DNA from: Clostridia bacterium
GTDB lineage: Bacteria; Bacillota; Clostridia; TANB77; CAG-508
Assembly: GCA_045531335.1 (NCBI GenBank)
Contig: JAZSDU010000049.1
Location: 18,485 to 82,484, forward strand
Direction of reading: 5' to 3'
DNA length: 64,000 nt
This document shows positions 10,634 to 20,529 of this stretch, one piece after another (position 1 is the first letter of the stretch; every line of letters starts with the position of its first letter). The translations under genes were made by a program, and so were the position numbers. A model generated the notes under the pieces. The model made no database searches and was not told the origin of the DNA. It worked only from the letters and a program-made list of their open reading frames with translations.

Positions 10634-11809
10634 ATGAATTGTATAGAGATAATGAATACAAATTTTGAATTAGAAGGTATTATAACTAATTTTGAAAGTC
10701 TTATTATAGTTAGAAATTTCTATGAATGTGGCACATTTGAATTAACAATAAATAAGAATAAAGCTAATACTAATAAATTAATAAAAGATAATATGTTAAT
10801 AGTTAATAAAAATGATGAAAAAGTATTTGTAATAGACAAAGTAGTAGAGACAACAGTAAAGAATAGTAAGACATTAAAAGTAACGGGAAATTGTATAAAA
10901 GGTATAACAAAAAGAAGAATAATAGCGACAAATGGTTATGATAGAGTGGCAGAAACAGAAGCAGAAAACATACATAAACATTATATCAAAAACCATATGG
11001 TAGAAAGCTACTACGATGACATAAGAACACCTGAAAGAGATATACCATGGCTTAAAATAGTACCAACACAAAATCGTGGAATAAAAACTGTATGGCAAGC
11101 AAGACTTACAAATTTGCATGACGAAGAAAAACATATTTCACAAGATACAGGGTTAGGCTGGAAAATATATCTTGATAGAAACAATAAATGCTTTTGGTTT
11201 GATAGTGTAAAAGGTGTAGATAGAACAGTAAATCAAGTAGAAAGTCCAAATACGCACGAGTTCTTGTCTAATATGACACATGAAGAATTACAACAATATA
11301 CACACGAACAATTAAAAGGAACAATTAAGAATCCATATATTATATTTTCTGAAAAGAAGAAAAATCTACTAGAGGCAAAAGTAACAGATGACAATACAAA
11401 TTATAAAAATGTAGCCTATGTTGCAGGAAAAGGAGAAAATGAAGATAGACTAATTACTGTATTAGGAACTGCTGAAGGATTTAATAGAAGAGAAGTACTT
11501 GTAGATTTAAATAATATAGAAGATCCTGATGAATTAAACCAAGAAGGACAAAAGAAATTAGATACTTATAAGATAATTCAATCAGTAGAAGGTAAAATAT
11601 ACGAAATTCCAAATATGCAATACGAAAAAGACTGGGATTTAGGAGATTTAGTTACAATAGAAAGTAATGATATATATGAAGATAAAAGAATAATTCAAGT
11701 AAAAGAAATTTACGAAAGAAACAATATAAAAGTTGAAGTTGGATTTGGTGATAAAATACCAAGTTTAGCTGAACAAATAAAAAACATGACACAGAGACCT
11801 ATTAATTAG
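10634..11809 (+). CDS. tail-associated (Tal-like) baseplate protein
   Basis: 391 aa directly after Dit. This is the usual siphovirus order. Confidence 0.55.
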   Translation: MNCIEIMNTNFELEGIITNFESLIIVRNFYECGTFELTINKNKANTNKLIKDNMLIVNKNDEKVFVIDKVVETTVKNSKTLKVTGNCIKGITKRRIIATNGYDRVAETEAENIHKHYIKNHMVESYYDDIRTPERDIPWLKIVPTQNRGIKTVWQARLTNLHDEEKHISQDTGLGWKIYLDRNNKCFWFDSVKGVDRTVNQVESPNTHEFLSNMTHEELQQYTHEQLKGTIKNPYIIFSEKKKNLLEAKVTDDNTNYKNVAYVAGKGENEDRLITVLGTAEGFNRREVLVDLNNIEDPDELNQEGQKKLDTYKIIQSVEGKIYEIPNMQYEKDWDLGDLVTIESNDIYEDKRIIQVKEIYERNNIKVEVGFGDKIPSLAEQIKNMTQRPIN

Positions 11810-11836
11810 GTCTTTTTTAGTGGGAAAGGAAAGAAC

Positions 11837-12730
11837 ATGTCAAGTGAAGTTATATTAAAAAGTTTTCCATTCGATAGCATGAACGTATTAAACGAAGAAA
11901 GCGGACAAATGGAACCAGATAGAGAATATGAAGCACAAATTTTTAGAAACTACTTCAAAAAATTCTTAAGCAATGGAGTTTATTTTGGCCATTATAAAAA
12001 TTATGGAGAAAACAGTATGAAAGTTGTTTTAGATAGTGGTTTAAATATAAAAGTTAGTACAGGAGCTGGGCTAATAGAAGGTGCAGACTATGAAAACGAA
12101 GAAGAATTGATATTCATTTTAGAAAGACCAGCGGCTGACAGTAGAATTGACAGAGTAGTTGTTCAAATGGATACATCTTTAGATTCTAGGAATACGAAAA
12201 TTTATATAAAAGAAGGAAATGGAACAACACCAGCAGAACTACAAAGAGATGCTAATATATATGAAATTTGTTTAGCAGAAGTAACAGTAAAGAGTACAAG
12301 TAACATTTTAGAAGAAGATATAAAAGATACAAGACTAGATAAAAATCTATGCGGACTTGTAAATAGCTTGATTACAGTAGATGGAGAAGAATTATATCAA
12401 AGTTTTAAAGAATACATAGATACAGTAACAGAAAATTTAGTAAGAAAAGACCAAGAAAACGTAACTATTGCAGGTACTTTTAAAGATGCAAATGGTGGAA
12501 CAAGTAAGAACAATTTTACAGATGAATATAAAAATAAATTAGATAATATTGAAAATGAAGCCAACAAAACAATTATAAACAACACATTGATAAGCGATAG
12601 TGAAACAGAAGCCTTATCGGCAGCTATGGGAAAAAAATTAAACGATGAAAAACAAAAGAAAATATCTTATGGAACAGCAGCTCCTAGTGGAGGGTCAAAT
12701 GGAGACATATATGACCAATATTTTAATTAG
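11837..12730 (+). CDS. tail fibre / baseplate upper protein-like
   Basis: Position. Motif SDSETEALSAAMGKKLNDEK recurs in ORF 14798 (fibre-type repeat). Confidence 0.4.
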   Translation: MSSEVILKSFPFDSMNVLNEESGQMEPDREYEAQIFRNYFKKFLSNGVYFGHYKNYGENSMKVVLDSGLNIKVSTGAGLIEGADYENEEELIFILERPAADSRIDRVVVQMDTSLDSRNTKIYIKEGNGTTPAELQRDANIYEICLAEVTVKSTSNILEEDIKDTRLDKNLCGLVNSLITVDGEELYQSFKEYIDTVTENLVRKDQENVTIAGTFKDANGGTSKNNFTDEYKNKLDNIENEANKTIINNTLISDSETEALSAAMGKKLNDEKQKKISYGTAAPSGGSNGDIYDQYFN

Positions 12731-12744
12731 GGGGGGTGTGATTA

Positions 12745-13788
12745 ATGGCAACAGCACATGGCTTGATTGAAATAATTGAGAACAGTCAAAGTATTAGCGG
12801 TAACTACACAAGTGTTACTGCTAATTTTTATGTTGTAAGAGATAGCGGGTATGCATACAGTGGATATGCTACATATCCTAAACTTACTTTTGATGGAACA
12901 ACTGTAACAAAAACTTTATCTAGTTATGACTTAAATTCAAGCAATACAAAAGTTCTATTAGGAAGCATTACAAAGAATGTATATCATAACAGCGATGGAA
13001 CAAAAACAGTCTCTGCATCTTTTACATGGGATCCAAGTAACAGTTATTTAAGTACAGTAACAGGAAGTACGAGCAAAACATTGACTAAAATTCCTCGTTA
13101 TGCAACAGTATCTCAAAGTTTAAATAGTAGAAGTATAAATTCAATAAAAATAAATTGGTCTAGTGATAGCACAATAGATTACATTTGGTACAGCACCAAT
13201 AACGGTTCTAGTTGGACAGGAATTAATGTAACAGATGGAACAAGTGGAACTTACACAATATCAAATTTATCTCCAAATACTACATATAAAATTAAGACTA
13301 GAGTTAGGAGAAAGGATAGCCAGTTAACAACAGACAGTTCTGCATTAAGTGTAACAACTTATGATATAGCAAAAATAAGCAGTGCTACAAACTTTGATTT
13401 AGGAAGTAACGCAAGTGTTACTATAACAAATCCAGCGAGTGCAACAGCAACTTTAGTAATGAAGATTGGAACTACTCAAATACTTAGTAAAAATCTTTCT
13501 ACAGGTACAAATTCAATTAGTTTTTCTGACACACAACTAGATACTATATATAAGAAATTTTCAACAAGTAATACTTTAACAGTATCATATACCTTAACAA
13601 CTAATAGCAATTCAAGCTGGACAAGTTCTAAAAGTGTAATTTGCACGTTAACGGGAAATCAGAAGACTGGACATAGAAATGTGAATGGAAGTTGGAAAAG
13701 AACTAAACATTGGATAAATATAAATGGGTCATGGAAAAGAAGTGTCCGTTGGATAAATATAAATGGAAGTTGGAAGAGGTGTATATAG
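12745..13788 (+). CDS. S/T-rich tail protein with FN3-like segment and a C-terminal WININGSWKR tandem repeat
   Basis: IKINWSSDS...SNLSPNTTYKIKTRV looks FN3-like. Three tandem 11-aa repeats lie at the C-terminus. Confidence 0.4.
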   Translation: MATAHGLIEIIENSQSISGNYTSVTANFYVVRDSGYAYSGYATYPKLTFDGTTVTKTLSSYDLNSSNTKVLLGSITKNVYHNSDGTKTVSASFTWDPSNSYLSTVTGSTSKTLTKIPRYATVSQSLNSRSINSIKINWSSDSTIDYIWYSTNNGSSWTGINVTDGTSGTYTISNLSPNTTYKIKTRVRRKDSQLTTDSSALSVTTYDIAKISSATNFDLGSNASVTITNPASATATLVMKIGTTQILSKNLSTGTNSISFSDTQLDTIYKKFSTSNTLTVSYTLTTNSNSSWTSSKSVICTLTGNQKTGHRNVNGSWKRTKHWININGSWKRSVRWININGSWKRCI

Positions 13789-14787
13789 ATGGCAAAATAT
13801 ACAGATAATTATAATTTAATATTACCAGAGCAAAATGAAAATTACGATGTAGGTGTAGCTAATACAAATAATGTAATAATAGATTCTGAATTAGCAAAAA
13901 GAGTTGAAAAAGTAATGGGGAAAGGTTTATCTACAAATGATTTTACTAATGAATATAAAAGTAAAGTAGATAACTTACAAAAAATATATAAATTTAAAGG
14001 AAATGTAGATACATATTCAGATTTAAATAATATATCTGCAAATAATGGAGATATATATAACGTCTTAGATGAGGCAAAAAACTATGCTTGGAATGGAACT
14101 GAATGGGTGCAATTAGGCTTTGTAATTGACATGAGTGAGTTTGCTTATAGAGAAGAACTTCCAACAAAAACGAGTGAATTGGAAAACGACAGTAATTTTG
14201 TTGATGAAGAAACTTTAAATCAAACTAAAAATGATATGGAAGAAGTATCAGTTCCAGCAGGAGGAACAAAAGGGCAAATTCTAGAAAAGAAAAGCAATGA
14301 AGACAACGATGTAGGCTGGGTAGACAATACAGGAGGAGTAACAGGAGATACATTACCAATAGGAACAGTAGTAGACTTTGACGGAGAAACAGTACCAGAG
14401 AATTGGGAAGAGGTTGAAGATGAGGATACTGGTTGGATAGAGGCTACTTTAACAAATTCTTTTGTCACATATACTAATGATGGCACTAATTATACACCTC
14501 AATATAGAAAATTAGGGAAACTCGTTGAAATAAGAGGTGTAGTAGCCCCAAAAGAAGTATTACCATATACTACTATTACTGGTACTTATACCATATTTGA
14601 ATTACCTAAAGGCTTTAGACCATCTAGGAACATTGCTAGAGTCCAACAAGGTAGTGGTCTTAACAAATGGGTATTAAATATATTAGAAAATGGGAATGTT
14701 TCTTTAACTAGATATGGAATAAACGAAGAGATTAATGTTGCAACAACTGCCTGGTTACCATTTGATGAAACATTCTTAATAGATTAG
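13789..14787 (+). CDS. tail fibre protein
   Basis: Start abuts the previous stop. The N-terminal YTDNYNLILPE motif is common in phage fibre proteins. Confidence 0.45.
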   Translation: MAKYTDNYNLILPEQNENYDVGVANTNNVIIDSELAKRVEKVMGKGLSTNDFTNEYKSKVDNLQKIYKFKGNVDTYSDLNNISANNGDIYNVLDEAKNYAWNGTEWVQLGFVIDMSEFAYREELPTKTSELENDSNFVDEETLNQTKNDMEEVSVPAGGTKGQILEKKSNEDNDVGWVDNTGGVTGDTLPIGTVVDFDGETVPENWEEVEDEDTGWIEATLTNSFVTYTNDGTNYTPQYRKLGKLVEIRGVVAPKEVLPYTTITGTYTIFELPKGFRPSRNIARVQQGSGLNKWVLNILENGNVSLTRYGINEEINVATTAWLPFDETFLID

Positions 14788-14797
14788 GAGGTAAATT

Positions 14798-15229
14798 ATG
14801 AAAATAAAAAAAATAGCACAAAGTGCAGGAGTAGTAGCAACAGTAGTAGACAATTTAGAAAGTGACAGTGCAACAGATGCTTTAAGTGCAAAGCAAGGGA
14901 AAGAATTAAATGAGAAAATAACTAATTTAGGCATTATTGCAGGTTTATTTACACCAGCTGATGGTATTACAATAGTATCTGGAAACTATATAATATGTGG
15001 AAAATTGGCAATTGTAGCTTTAAACGTTAAATCTACAAAAGCAATATCACAATGGAAACCAATTGCATATTTTAAAGATGACATACCAGCTAATGGATAT
15101 ATATATACTATCGAGAATAAAACTTGTTATATGAACAAAACTACAAAGTCTATTGATATATATGCAGATGGTGGATTAGCATCAGGAAGCGGTTTGGTTA
15201 TAGAGGCGGTTGCTTGTTTTGATGCTTAA
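14798..15229 (+). CDS. fibre-associated protein
   Basis: Shares the SDSATDALSAKQGKELNEKI motif with ORF 11837. A terminator follows. Confidence 0.35.
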   Translation: MKIKKIAQSAGVVATVVDNLESDSATDALSAKQGKELNEKITNLGIIAGLFTPADGITIVSGNYIICGKLAIVALNVKSTKAISQWKPIAYFKDDIPANGYIYTIENKTCYMNKTTKSIDIYADGGLASGSGLVIEAVACFDA

Positions 15230-15300
15230 TATAGAAGAAATAAAAAAGAACATCTAATATGGTTGTTCTTTTTATTATGTAAAAGAAAGGAGTTGTAGAG

Positions 15301-15615
15301 TTGGATAATCATGTAGAAGAATTTATCGAATTTAAAGAACGATGCAAATCTAATACAAAAAGATTAGATGAACACGATGAGCAAATAAAAGAACTGAGAA
15401 ATGTATATGTGGCATTAACAAAGGTAGACGACAAAGTAACAAATGTTGAAAAAGATGTTGTAGAAATGAAAAACGATTTAAAAGAAATAAAAGAAAAACC
15501 ATTAAAAGATTATGAAGAAACAAAAAAAGAAATAAAGAAAAATATAATTTCCTTTGTTTCAGGAGTAATATTAACAGCTATTACTATAGGGCTGGGATTT
15601 AAATTTTTATTATAA
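15301..15615 (+). CDS. XhlA-like lysis-associated membrane protein (TTG start)
   Basis: Coiled-coil N-terminus plus a single C-terminal TM helix. Lies directly upstream of the endolysin. Confidence 0.45.
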   Translation: MDNHVEEFIEFKERCKSNTKRLDEHDEQIKELRNVYVALTKVDDKVTNVEKDVVEMKNDLKEIKEKPLKDYEETKKEIKKNIISFVSGVILTAITIGLGFKFLL

Positions 15616-15627
15616 AGGAGTGATTAT

Positions 15628-16947
15628 ATGAACAGAAAGAAATTTATTATAGCTATTGTAACAGTAGTAATGGCAATAGCAGGTGCAATATTTGGTATAA
15701 AATATACCGATGAAGATATTAAAGAAATATCAGAAGGAGTAGAAACTATTGTAGAAATAGTGGACAACCAGTCTACAACAGAAATACCAGAACTAACAAA
15801 AGAAGATGAAGAAACTCTAGAGTATCAAGAAACAGAAGCAGAAGGATTTGAGTTGCAAGGAGAAATTGCCTACAATGGTGCTACAGAACTTCCAAAAGTT
15901 GAAGTAGGAGAATATGCAGGTCTTACATATTATTCTCAAATAGATAGAAGATGGAAAAACAAACTTTATACATCTACAGGAAACAAAACACAAACAATGG
16001 GGTCAAGCGCATGTGGACCAACATGTTCAGCAATGGTAGTATCAAGTATTAAAGGAACAATATTACCAACAGAAATGGCAGACTTATATGTTAAATACGG
16101 ATTTCGTTCAGCAAACAACGGTACATATTGGAGCGCTTTTAGATGGACTGCAGATGTATTTGATATAGGATATAAAGAATTATACAAATTAAATGATGTC
16201 TGTGATTTGTTAGAACAAAATTATATGGTAATATCAGCTTGTGGTAATGGTCTATTTACTACTGGAGGACATTTCATATTAATATATGGATATGAAGATA
16301 CAAACAAGAGTGGACAATGTGATAATGGAGACAGATTGAAAATATATGACCCATATTTGTACGATGGAAAATTCAATTTAAGTACTCGTAGAGGTAAAGC
16401 TACAGTTGATGGAAATACAGTCTATGTAGAAAAAGAAACATTCAGAGCATATGCAAATTATAGTGGATTCTTTGCTTTCAAAAATGACAGAACAGATGTA
16501 AAAGAAAATACAACTACAGTAACAACAACTAAAAAAGAAGAAACTAAATTTGAAAGTTACAACGCAAAAGTAACAGCGAAAATTGGATTAAATGCAAGAA
16601 GTGGTGCAGGAACAAGTTATGCAAAAGTGTATGGATATGGATATGGAAAAACTGTAAAAATAGTAGCAGAGAGTAACGGATGGGGTAAAACTTCTGATGG
16701 TTACTGGGTAAGCTTACAATACACAACAAAAACAATAACAGGAGTAAAAAATACAGTAGGACAATATAAATATTTTAATTACACATATACTTATATTTAT
16801 AGAAATTCTAATTTAACAGGAAGTCCATATTATTATTTAAGGAATACAAAAGTAGAAGTATTAAAAAATATATCTAAAAATGTTGATTACATATATGTAC
16901 CAGCAACAGGAAGATATGGATATGTACATACAAGTGTTTATAAATAA
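15628..16947 (+). CDS. endolysin: N-terminal TM anchor, papain-like (C39-like) cysteine peptidase, SH3b-like repeats
   Basis: TM FIIAIVTVVMAIAGAIFGI. Catalytic-looking GSSACGPTCSAM and GGHFILIYGY. C-terminal SH3b-like segments. Confidence 0.6.
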   Translation: MNRKKFIIAIVTVVMAIAGAIFGIKYTDEDIKEISEGVETIVEIVDNQSTTEIPELTKEDEETLEYQETEAEGFELQGEIAYNGATELPKVEVGEYAGLTYYSQIDRRWKNKLYTSTGNKTQTMGSSACGPTCSAMVVSSIKGTILPTEMADLYVKYGFRSANNGTYWSAFRWTADVFDIGYKELYKLNDVCDLLEQNYMVISACGNGLFTTGGHFILIYGYEDTNKSGQCDNGDRLKIYDPYLYDGKFNLSTRRGKATVDGNTVYVEKETFRAYANYSGFFAFKNDRTDVKENTTTVTTTKKEETKFESYNAKVTAKIGLNARSGAGTSYAKVYGYGYGKTVKIVAESNGWGKTSDGYWVSLQYTTKTITGVKNTVGQYKYFNYTYTYIYRNSNLTGSPYYYLRNTKVEVLKNISKNVDYIYVPATGRYGYVHTSVYK

Positions 16948-16957
16948 GCTTAAGAAT

Positions 16958-16986
16958 GAGCAGTAGAAATACTGCTCTTATTTTTT
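16958..16986 (+). terminator. intrinsic terminator after the endolysin
   Basis: gagcagta-gaaa-tactgctc stem-loop followed by a T-run. Confidence 0.7.
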
Positions 16987-17003
16987 ATATAGGAGGCAAA
17001 ACA

Positions 17004-17345
17004 ATGGAAGAAGAAGGAATATATAAAGGTGGAACATTAATAATTAATCTTGATTCTATAGAAATGATAGGCTCTGAATATATTTTCGAAAAAGGTGACA
17101 AGATAAGAATCGCATTAAAAGAATATGAGACTTCAGTAGAAAACGTCTTATATGATGAAATAACACCAACTGTTGGAGAAACAAAAGCACAACATATATT
17201 TTCAAGAGAAGAAACCCAAGAGAAACTTGAAGTAAAGAAAACATACATTTTACGAGCAGATTTAATAAAATCAGAAAAAACATTTCCAATGCTGTCACAA
17301 AACTTAAAGGTTATAGGACAAGCTATAATTCCAGATAAAGAGTAG
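17004..17345 (+). CDS. hypothetical protein (113 aa)
   Basis: AGGAGG RBS before ATG 17004. The longer track ORF from 16956 would run through the terminator. Confidence 0.35.
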   Translation: MEEEGIYKGGTLIINLDSIEMIGSEYIFEKGDKIRIALKEYETSVENVLYDEITPTVGETKAQHIFSREETQEKLEVKKTYILRADLIKSEKTFPMLSQNLKVIGQAIIPDKE

Positions 17346-17353
17346 GTGATAGT

Positions 17354-18172
17354 ATGTCATACGTTAATAATGTTACTGGCAATGTTGAAGTAACAAATGC
17401 AATAGGCTCAATAGAATCGATAACAACAACTGGAAATGTAACTACTGTTACAGCTAAAGCACAAGTTAAAGCTACTAAAGTAGCAGGTAAGTTGGGAATA
17501 GCACATATTATGGAAAAATTAATGACACCAATAGAACTTTCAACTGACATAAATAATCCTACAGAAATCATGAATCTGATAAATAAGAGTGGTACTTATG
17601 TTGCTAAGAATATTGGACTTTTAGGGTCAAATGGACAAGTAATGGCAGTGTTTGCAAAGGGCCAATTTTTCAGCATATCTAATTTACAAGAATATGGAAA
17701 AGCATTTGGACTAGAAGTGCCAGATAGCGAAAATGTTATAGATGTTGATGGAAGATTAATTGATGGTGAACATGTTACTTATCGCATAATAGGAGGTACA
17801 CAACTAAAAGAGATAATATGGCTTAATAGTGAAAACGTGAAGGATTATGTAAAAGTTGATTTTAACCCAGCAGATTTTATTAATATTAATTATGGTATTC
17901 AATTTTACAATGGAAAATTAGCGATATATTCAGCGACACTAACTGATATAGAAAATGGAGTAAATAACTATAAACCGATTACTTCAAATAATATCGCTTA
18001 TGCTGTTCAAACAAAAGGTAATAACTATTTTGCAAAGAAAACAGATTTTACTGATTTACAAGATAAGGTTGAAAGCGTTGAAGAAGATATAAGTACACTT
18101 GAAACCGACATATCTACTCTAAAATCTGAAATAGAAACCATATTGGAAAGTGTGGTGACTGTTGATGAATAA
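17354..18172 (+). CDS. hypothetical protein with C-terminal coiled coil
   Basis: 272 aa ORF. C-terminal heptads DISTLETDISTLKSEIE. Confidence 0.4.
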   Translation: MSYVNNVTGNVEVTNAIGSIESITTTGNVTTVTAKAQVKATKVAGKLGIAHIMEKLMTPIELSTDINNPTEIMNLINKSGTYVAKNIGLLGSNGQVMAVFAKGQFFSISNLQEYGKAFGLEVPDSENVIDVDGRLIDGEHVTYRIIGGTQLKEIIWLNSENVKDYVKVDFNPADFININYGIQFYNGKLAIYSATLTDIENGVNNYKPITSNNIAYAVQTKGNNYFAKKTDFTDLQDKVESVEEDISTLETDISTLKSEIETILESVVTVDE

Positions 18173-18288
18173 TGAATTAAGTAAAAATCTAGCTGAATTG
18201 ATAAGTAAGCACAATAAAGTCTTAATTGAATTAAAAGAAAAATATTCAATGAAAAACAGTTCTACTTCAGAAAAGGAGGTAGAGACTG

Positions 18289-19365
18289 ATGAATAAGATA
18301 AGTAAACAATTACAAGAATTAGTAAATCAAACAAGACAACTTGCTAAAAACTTAAATGTTAAAGGAATTAGTGCTAGTGAAAGTGAAACTTTAAATACAC
18401 TAGTTCCTAAAGTTCTTAATATTGCAAGTGGAGATGTAAAGTTAGGAACTAAAGAAATAACCAAAGATGGAACTTATTATGCTTATGAAGATGGAGTAGA
18501 TGGATATTCTAGTGTGAATGTAAATATTTTAGGCGATAATGTTGATTTTATTTCAACAATTACTGGAACTGGCAGTTCAGCAAAATGGAATGTAAAAATG
18601 TTAGGTGATGTACCAAGATATGCTTTTTATAGCATGAATAAAATTAATGAATTAGATTTGAGTAATACCAAAAGTATTGGAGAAAGAGCATTTTATAATC
18701 ATAGTTCTATTACAAACATTATAGCACCAAATAAAATGACAATAGATAGTTATGCTTTTTATGGTTGTACTGGAGCGACAGGAACAATAAAAATCAGTGA
18801 AGAACAAACAGCTATTGAAGAACGTGCGTTTTATAGTTGTAGTAAATTAAAGTTTGAATTGCACGACAATATAACAGAAGTAAAAGCGTATGCTTTTTGG
18901 AATTGTCAATCAAATAATTTAACAAAATTGCCAAGTAACTTAAAAACAATAGGGAATTATGCTTTTTATCAAAACTCTGGGATTGACCCATTAAGAATAA
19001 CCGAAATACCACCACTAGTAACAAGTATTGGTACTAACGCATTTCAAAGTAATAGTTTTGAAAGTATAAAAATACACGATGCTTGTACAAATATTAGTGC
19101 TTATGCGTTTAGATATAATTTCTTAAAGACTGTTGAGATAGGTAAAGGGTTAAAAAATATGTATGCTTATACTTTTGGTAATAATACTTCTTTAACAACA
19201 TTTACTATTCATGCAACAACACCACCAACAATATTAGCCACTACTTTTCAAAATAGCGATAATATAGAAGAAATAAGAGTACCAGCAAGTGCATTAGAAA
19301 CTTATAAGAGTGCTAGTAATTGGAGTGCTTATGCTGATTTAATGGTAGGAATTGAGGGAGAATAA
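18289..19365 (+). CDS. BspA-type leucine-rich-repeat protein
   Basis: Repeated units IxxxAFYxCxxLxxI (IGERAFYNHSSITNI, IDSYAFYGCTGATGTI, IEERAFYSCSKLKF and others). Confidence 0.6.
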   Translation: MNKISKQLQELVNQTRQLAKNLNVKGISASESETLNTLVPKVLNIASGDVKLGTKEITKDGTYYAYEDGVDGYSSVNVNILGDNVDFISTITGTGSSAKWNVKMLGDVPRYAFYSMNKINELDLSNTKSIGERAFYNHSSITNIIAPNKMTIDSYAFYGCTGATGTIKISEEQTAIEERAFYSCSKLKFELHDNITEVKAYAFWNCQSNNLTKLPSNLKTIGNYAFYQNSGIDPLRITEIPPLVTSIGTNAFQSNSFESIKIHDACTNISAYAFRYNFLKTVEIGKGLKNMYAYTFGNNTSLTTFTIHATTPPTILATTFQNSDNIEEIRVPASALETYKSASNWSAYADLMVGIEGE

Positions 19366-19619
19366 TGATAAAGAAAGAATTTTATAAAACAAGAAAAGAT
19401 GAAGTAAATCTTTATAGGATTTATTCAACAGACAACCTATATATAAGAAAAATAGGAACTGATGAAATATATGACGAAGTAATAGATGTAGAATATGCAC
19501 CTTATGAGTATCAAGAAACAGATGAAATCATTGAAACAGAGGATGAAACTGAAGATGGAGAAGTAATAACTCAAAAGTTTAAAGTAATTGAAAAAACACC
19601 CGAAAATCAAGCCATGTAA
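19365..19619 (+). CDS. small acidic protein (84 aa)
   Basis: Start overlaps the previous stop (TAATG). Confidence 0.35.
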   Translation: MIKKEFYKTRKDEVNLYRIYSTDNLYIRKIGTDEIYDEVIDVEYAPYEYQETDEIIETEDETEDGEVITQKFKVIEKTPENQAM

Positions 19620-19699
19620 GTATATCAATTAAAAATATAAAAGGCTTAAAAACGATTCTCGAAGGTCGATTTTTAGCGAAAAATCAAGGAAATTTACTA

Positions 19700-19728
19700 T
19701 TGTAAATAAATGTAAATTATGCTATAAT
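19700..19728 (+). promoter_or_regulatory. sigma-A-type promoter TTGTAA-17-TATAAT with no ORF downstream
   Basis: -35 at 19700-19705, 17-nt spacer, -10 at 19723-19728. An intrinsic terminator lies about 45 nt further on. Confidence 0.4.
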
Positions 19729-19770
19729 AAACAAAACTTAATAGAATAAGTTTATGGGGGTATGCAGAAA

Positions 19771-19800
19771 AGACTAGCTGTTCGTGGGCTAGTCTTTTTT
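19771..19800. terminator. bidirectional hairpin terminator
   Basis: agactagc-loop-gctagtct followed by a T-run. Overlaps the stop of the minus-strand XRE gene. Confidence 0.6.
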
Positions 19801-20112
19801 CATTTTTACATTAATCAATAAATCAATTATCTGTGATACTTCCATTACTTCTTTAGAACCAATTCCGTATTCATCTATACGGCGATACATTTCTTCTTTT
19901 AGGGAATCTATGTCTAATTCAGAATAAAACAAATCATCAACTTTTACTTCAAGAGCATTTGCTATTTTGTACATGGTAGCTAAACTAGGATTAAACTTCT
20001 TATTGTTTTCAAGCTGTGTTAAATAAGGTCTACTGATTCCAGTTATTTTACTTAATCTATATATAGTTATATTCTTTTTTTCTCTAATATTTTTAATTAC
20101 GAATACAAACAT
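19789..20112 (-). CDS. XRE-family HTH repressor (CI-like)
   Basis: ITIYRLSKITGISRPYLTQLENNK HTH motif. AGGAG RBS before Met35 of the track ORF. Confidence 0.7.
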   Translation of the reverse strand: MFVFVIKNIREKKNITIYRLSKITGISRPYLTQLENNKKFNPSLATMYKIANALEVKVDDLFYSELDIDSLKEEMYRRIDEYGIGSKEVMEVSQIIDLLINVKMKKD

Positions 20113-20227
20113 AAAATTACTCCTAAAATTATTATGTCCATATTGTATGATAAATATTTTTAAATTTCTACGTGTTGCTACCAGCGACATATTGAAACTA
20201 GCAAAGTATTGCAAAAAGCCGATTTTA

Positions 20228-20297
20228 TTTTGTCGAATTTCTTAAAACCCTTGAAATGACTAGATTTTGTCGAACGGTTTTTCTTGACTTTGTCGAA
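20228..20297. promoter_or_regulatory. three direct copies of TTTGTCGAA (20228-20237, 20265-20274, 20288-20297): putative operators
   Basis: Seen directly in the divergent region. The third copy overlaps the -35/spacer of the rightward promoter. Confidence 0.5.
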
Positions 20298-20312
20298 AAT
20301 AGTAAATATAAT
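20284..20312 (+). promoter_or_regulatory. rightward promoter TTGACT-17-TATAAT
   Basis: -35 at 20284-20289, -10 at 20307-20312. Confidence 0.5.
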
Positions 20313-20356
20313 TAAACCAACATAAGAAACGCGTTTCTCTGATAAGGAGAAAATAT

Positions 20357-20494
20357 ATGGAAAAGATAATTGTAGAAGAAATATGTAAAAATTTGAGATG
20401 GTATGAAAGAATTGTTGTAAAGAGATATAAAGGACTATTTTATAGAGCTTACAGAATAGGCATGAGAGATTGCTTTAATTTTTACAATAAGTAA
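20357..20494 (+). CDS. small basic protein (45 aa)
   Basis: AAGGAGA RBS and an ATG downstream of the operator-controlled promoter. Confidence 0.35.
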   Translation: MEKIIVEEICKNLRWYERIVVKRYKGLFYRAYRIGMRDCFNFYNK

Positions 20495-20529
20495 TATGTC
20501 TTTATGACTTTAATAATGATACAGATAGA

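Noticed and set aside
16956-17003. Upstream part of ORF 16956-17345
   Set aside because: It would be translated through the endolysin terminator hairpin. AGGAGG plus ATG at 17004 is the credible start.
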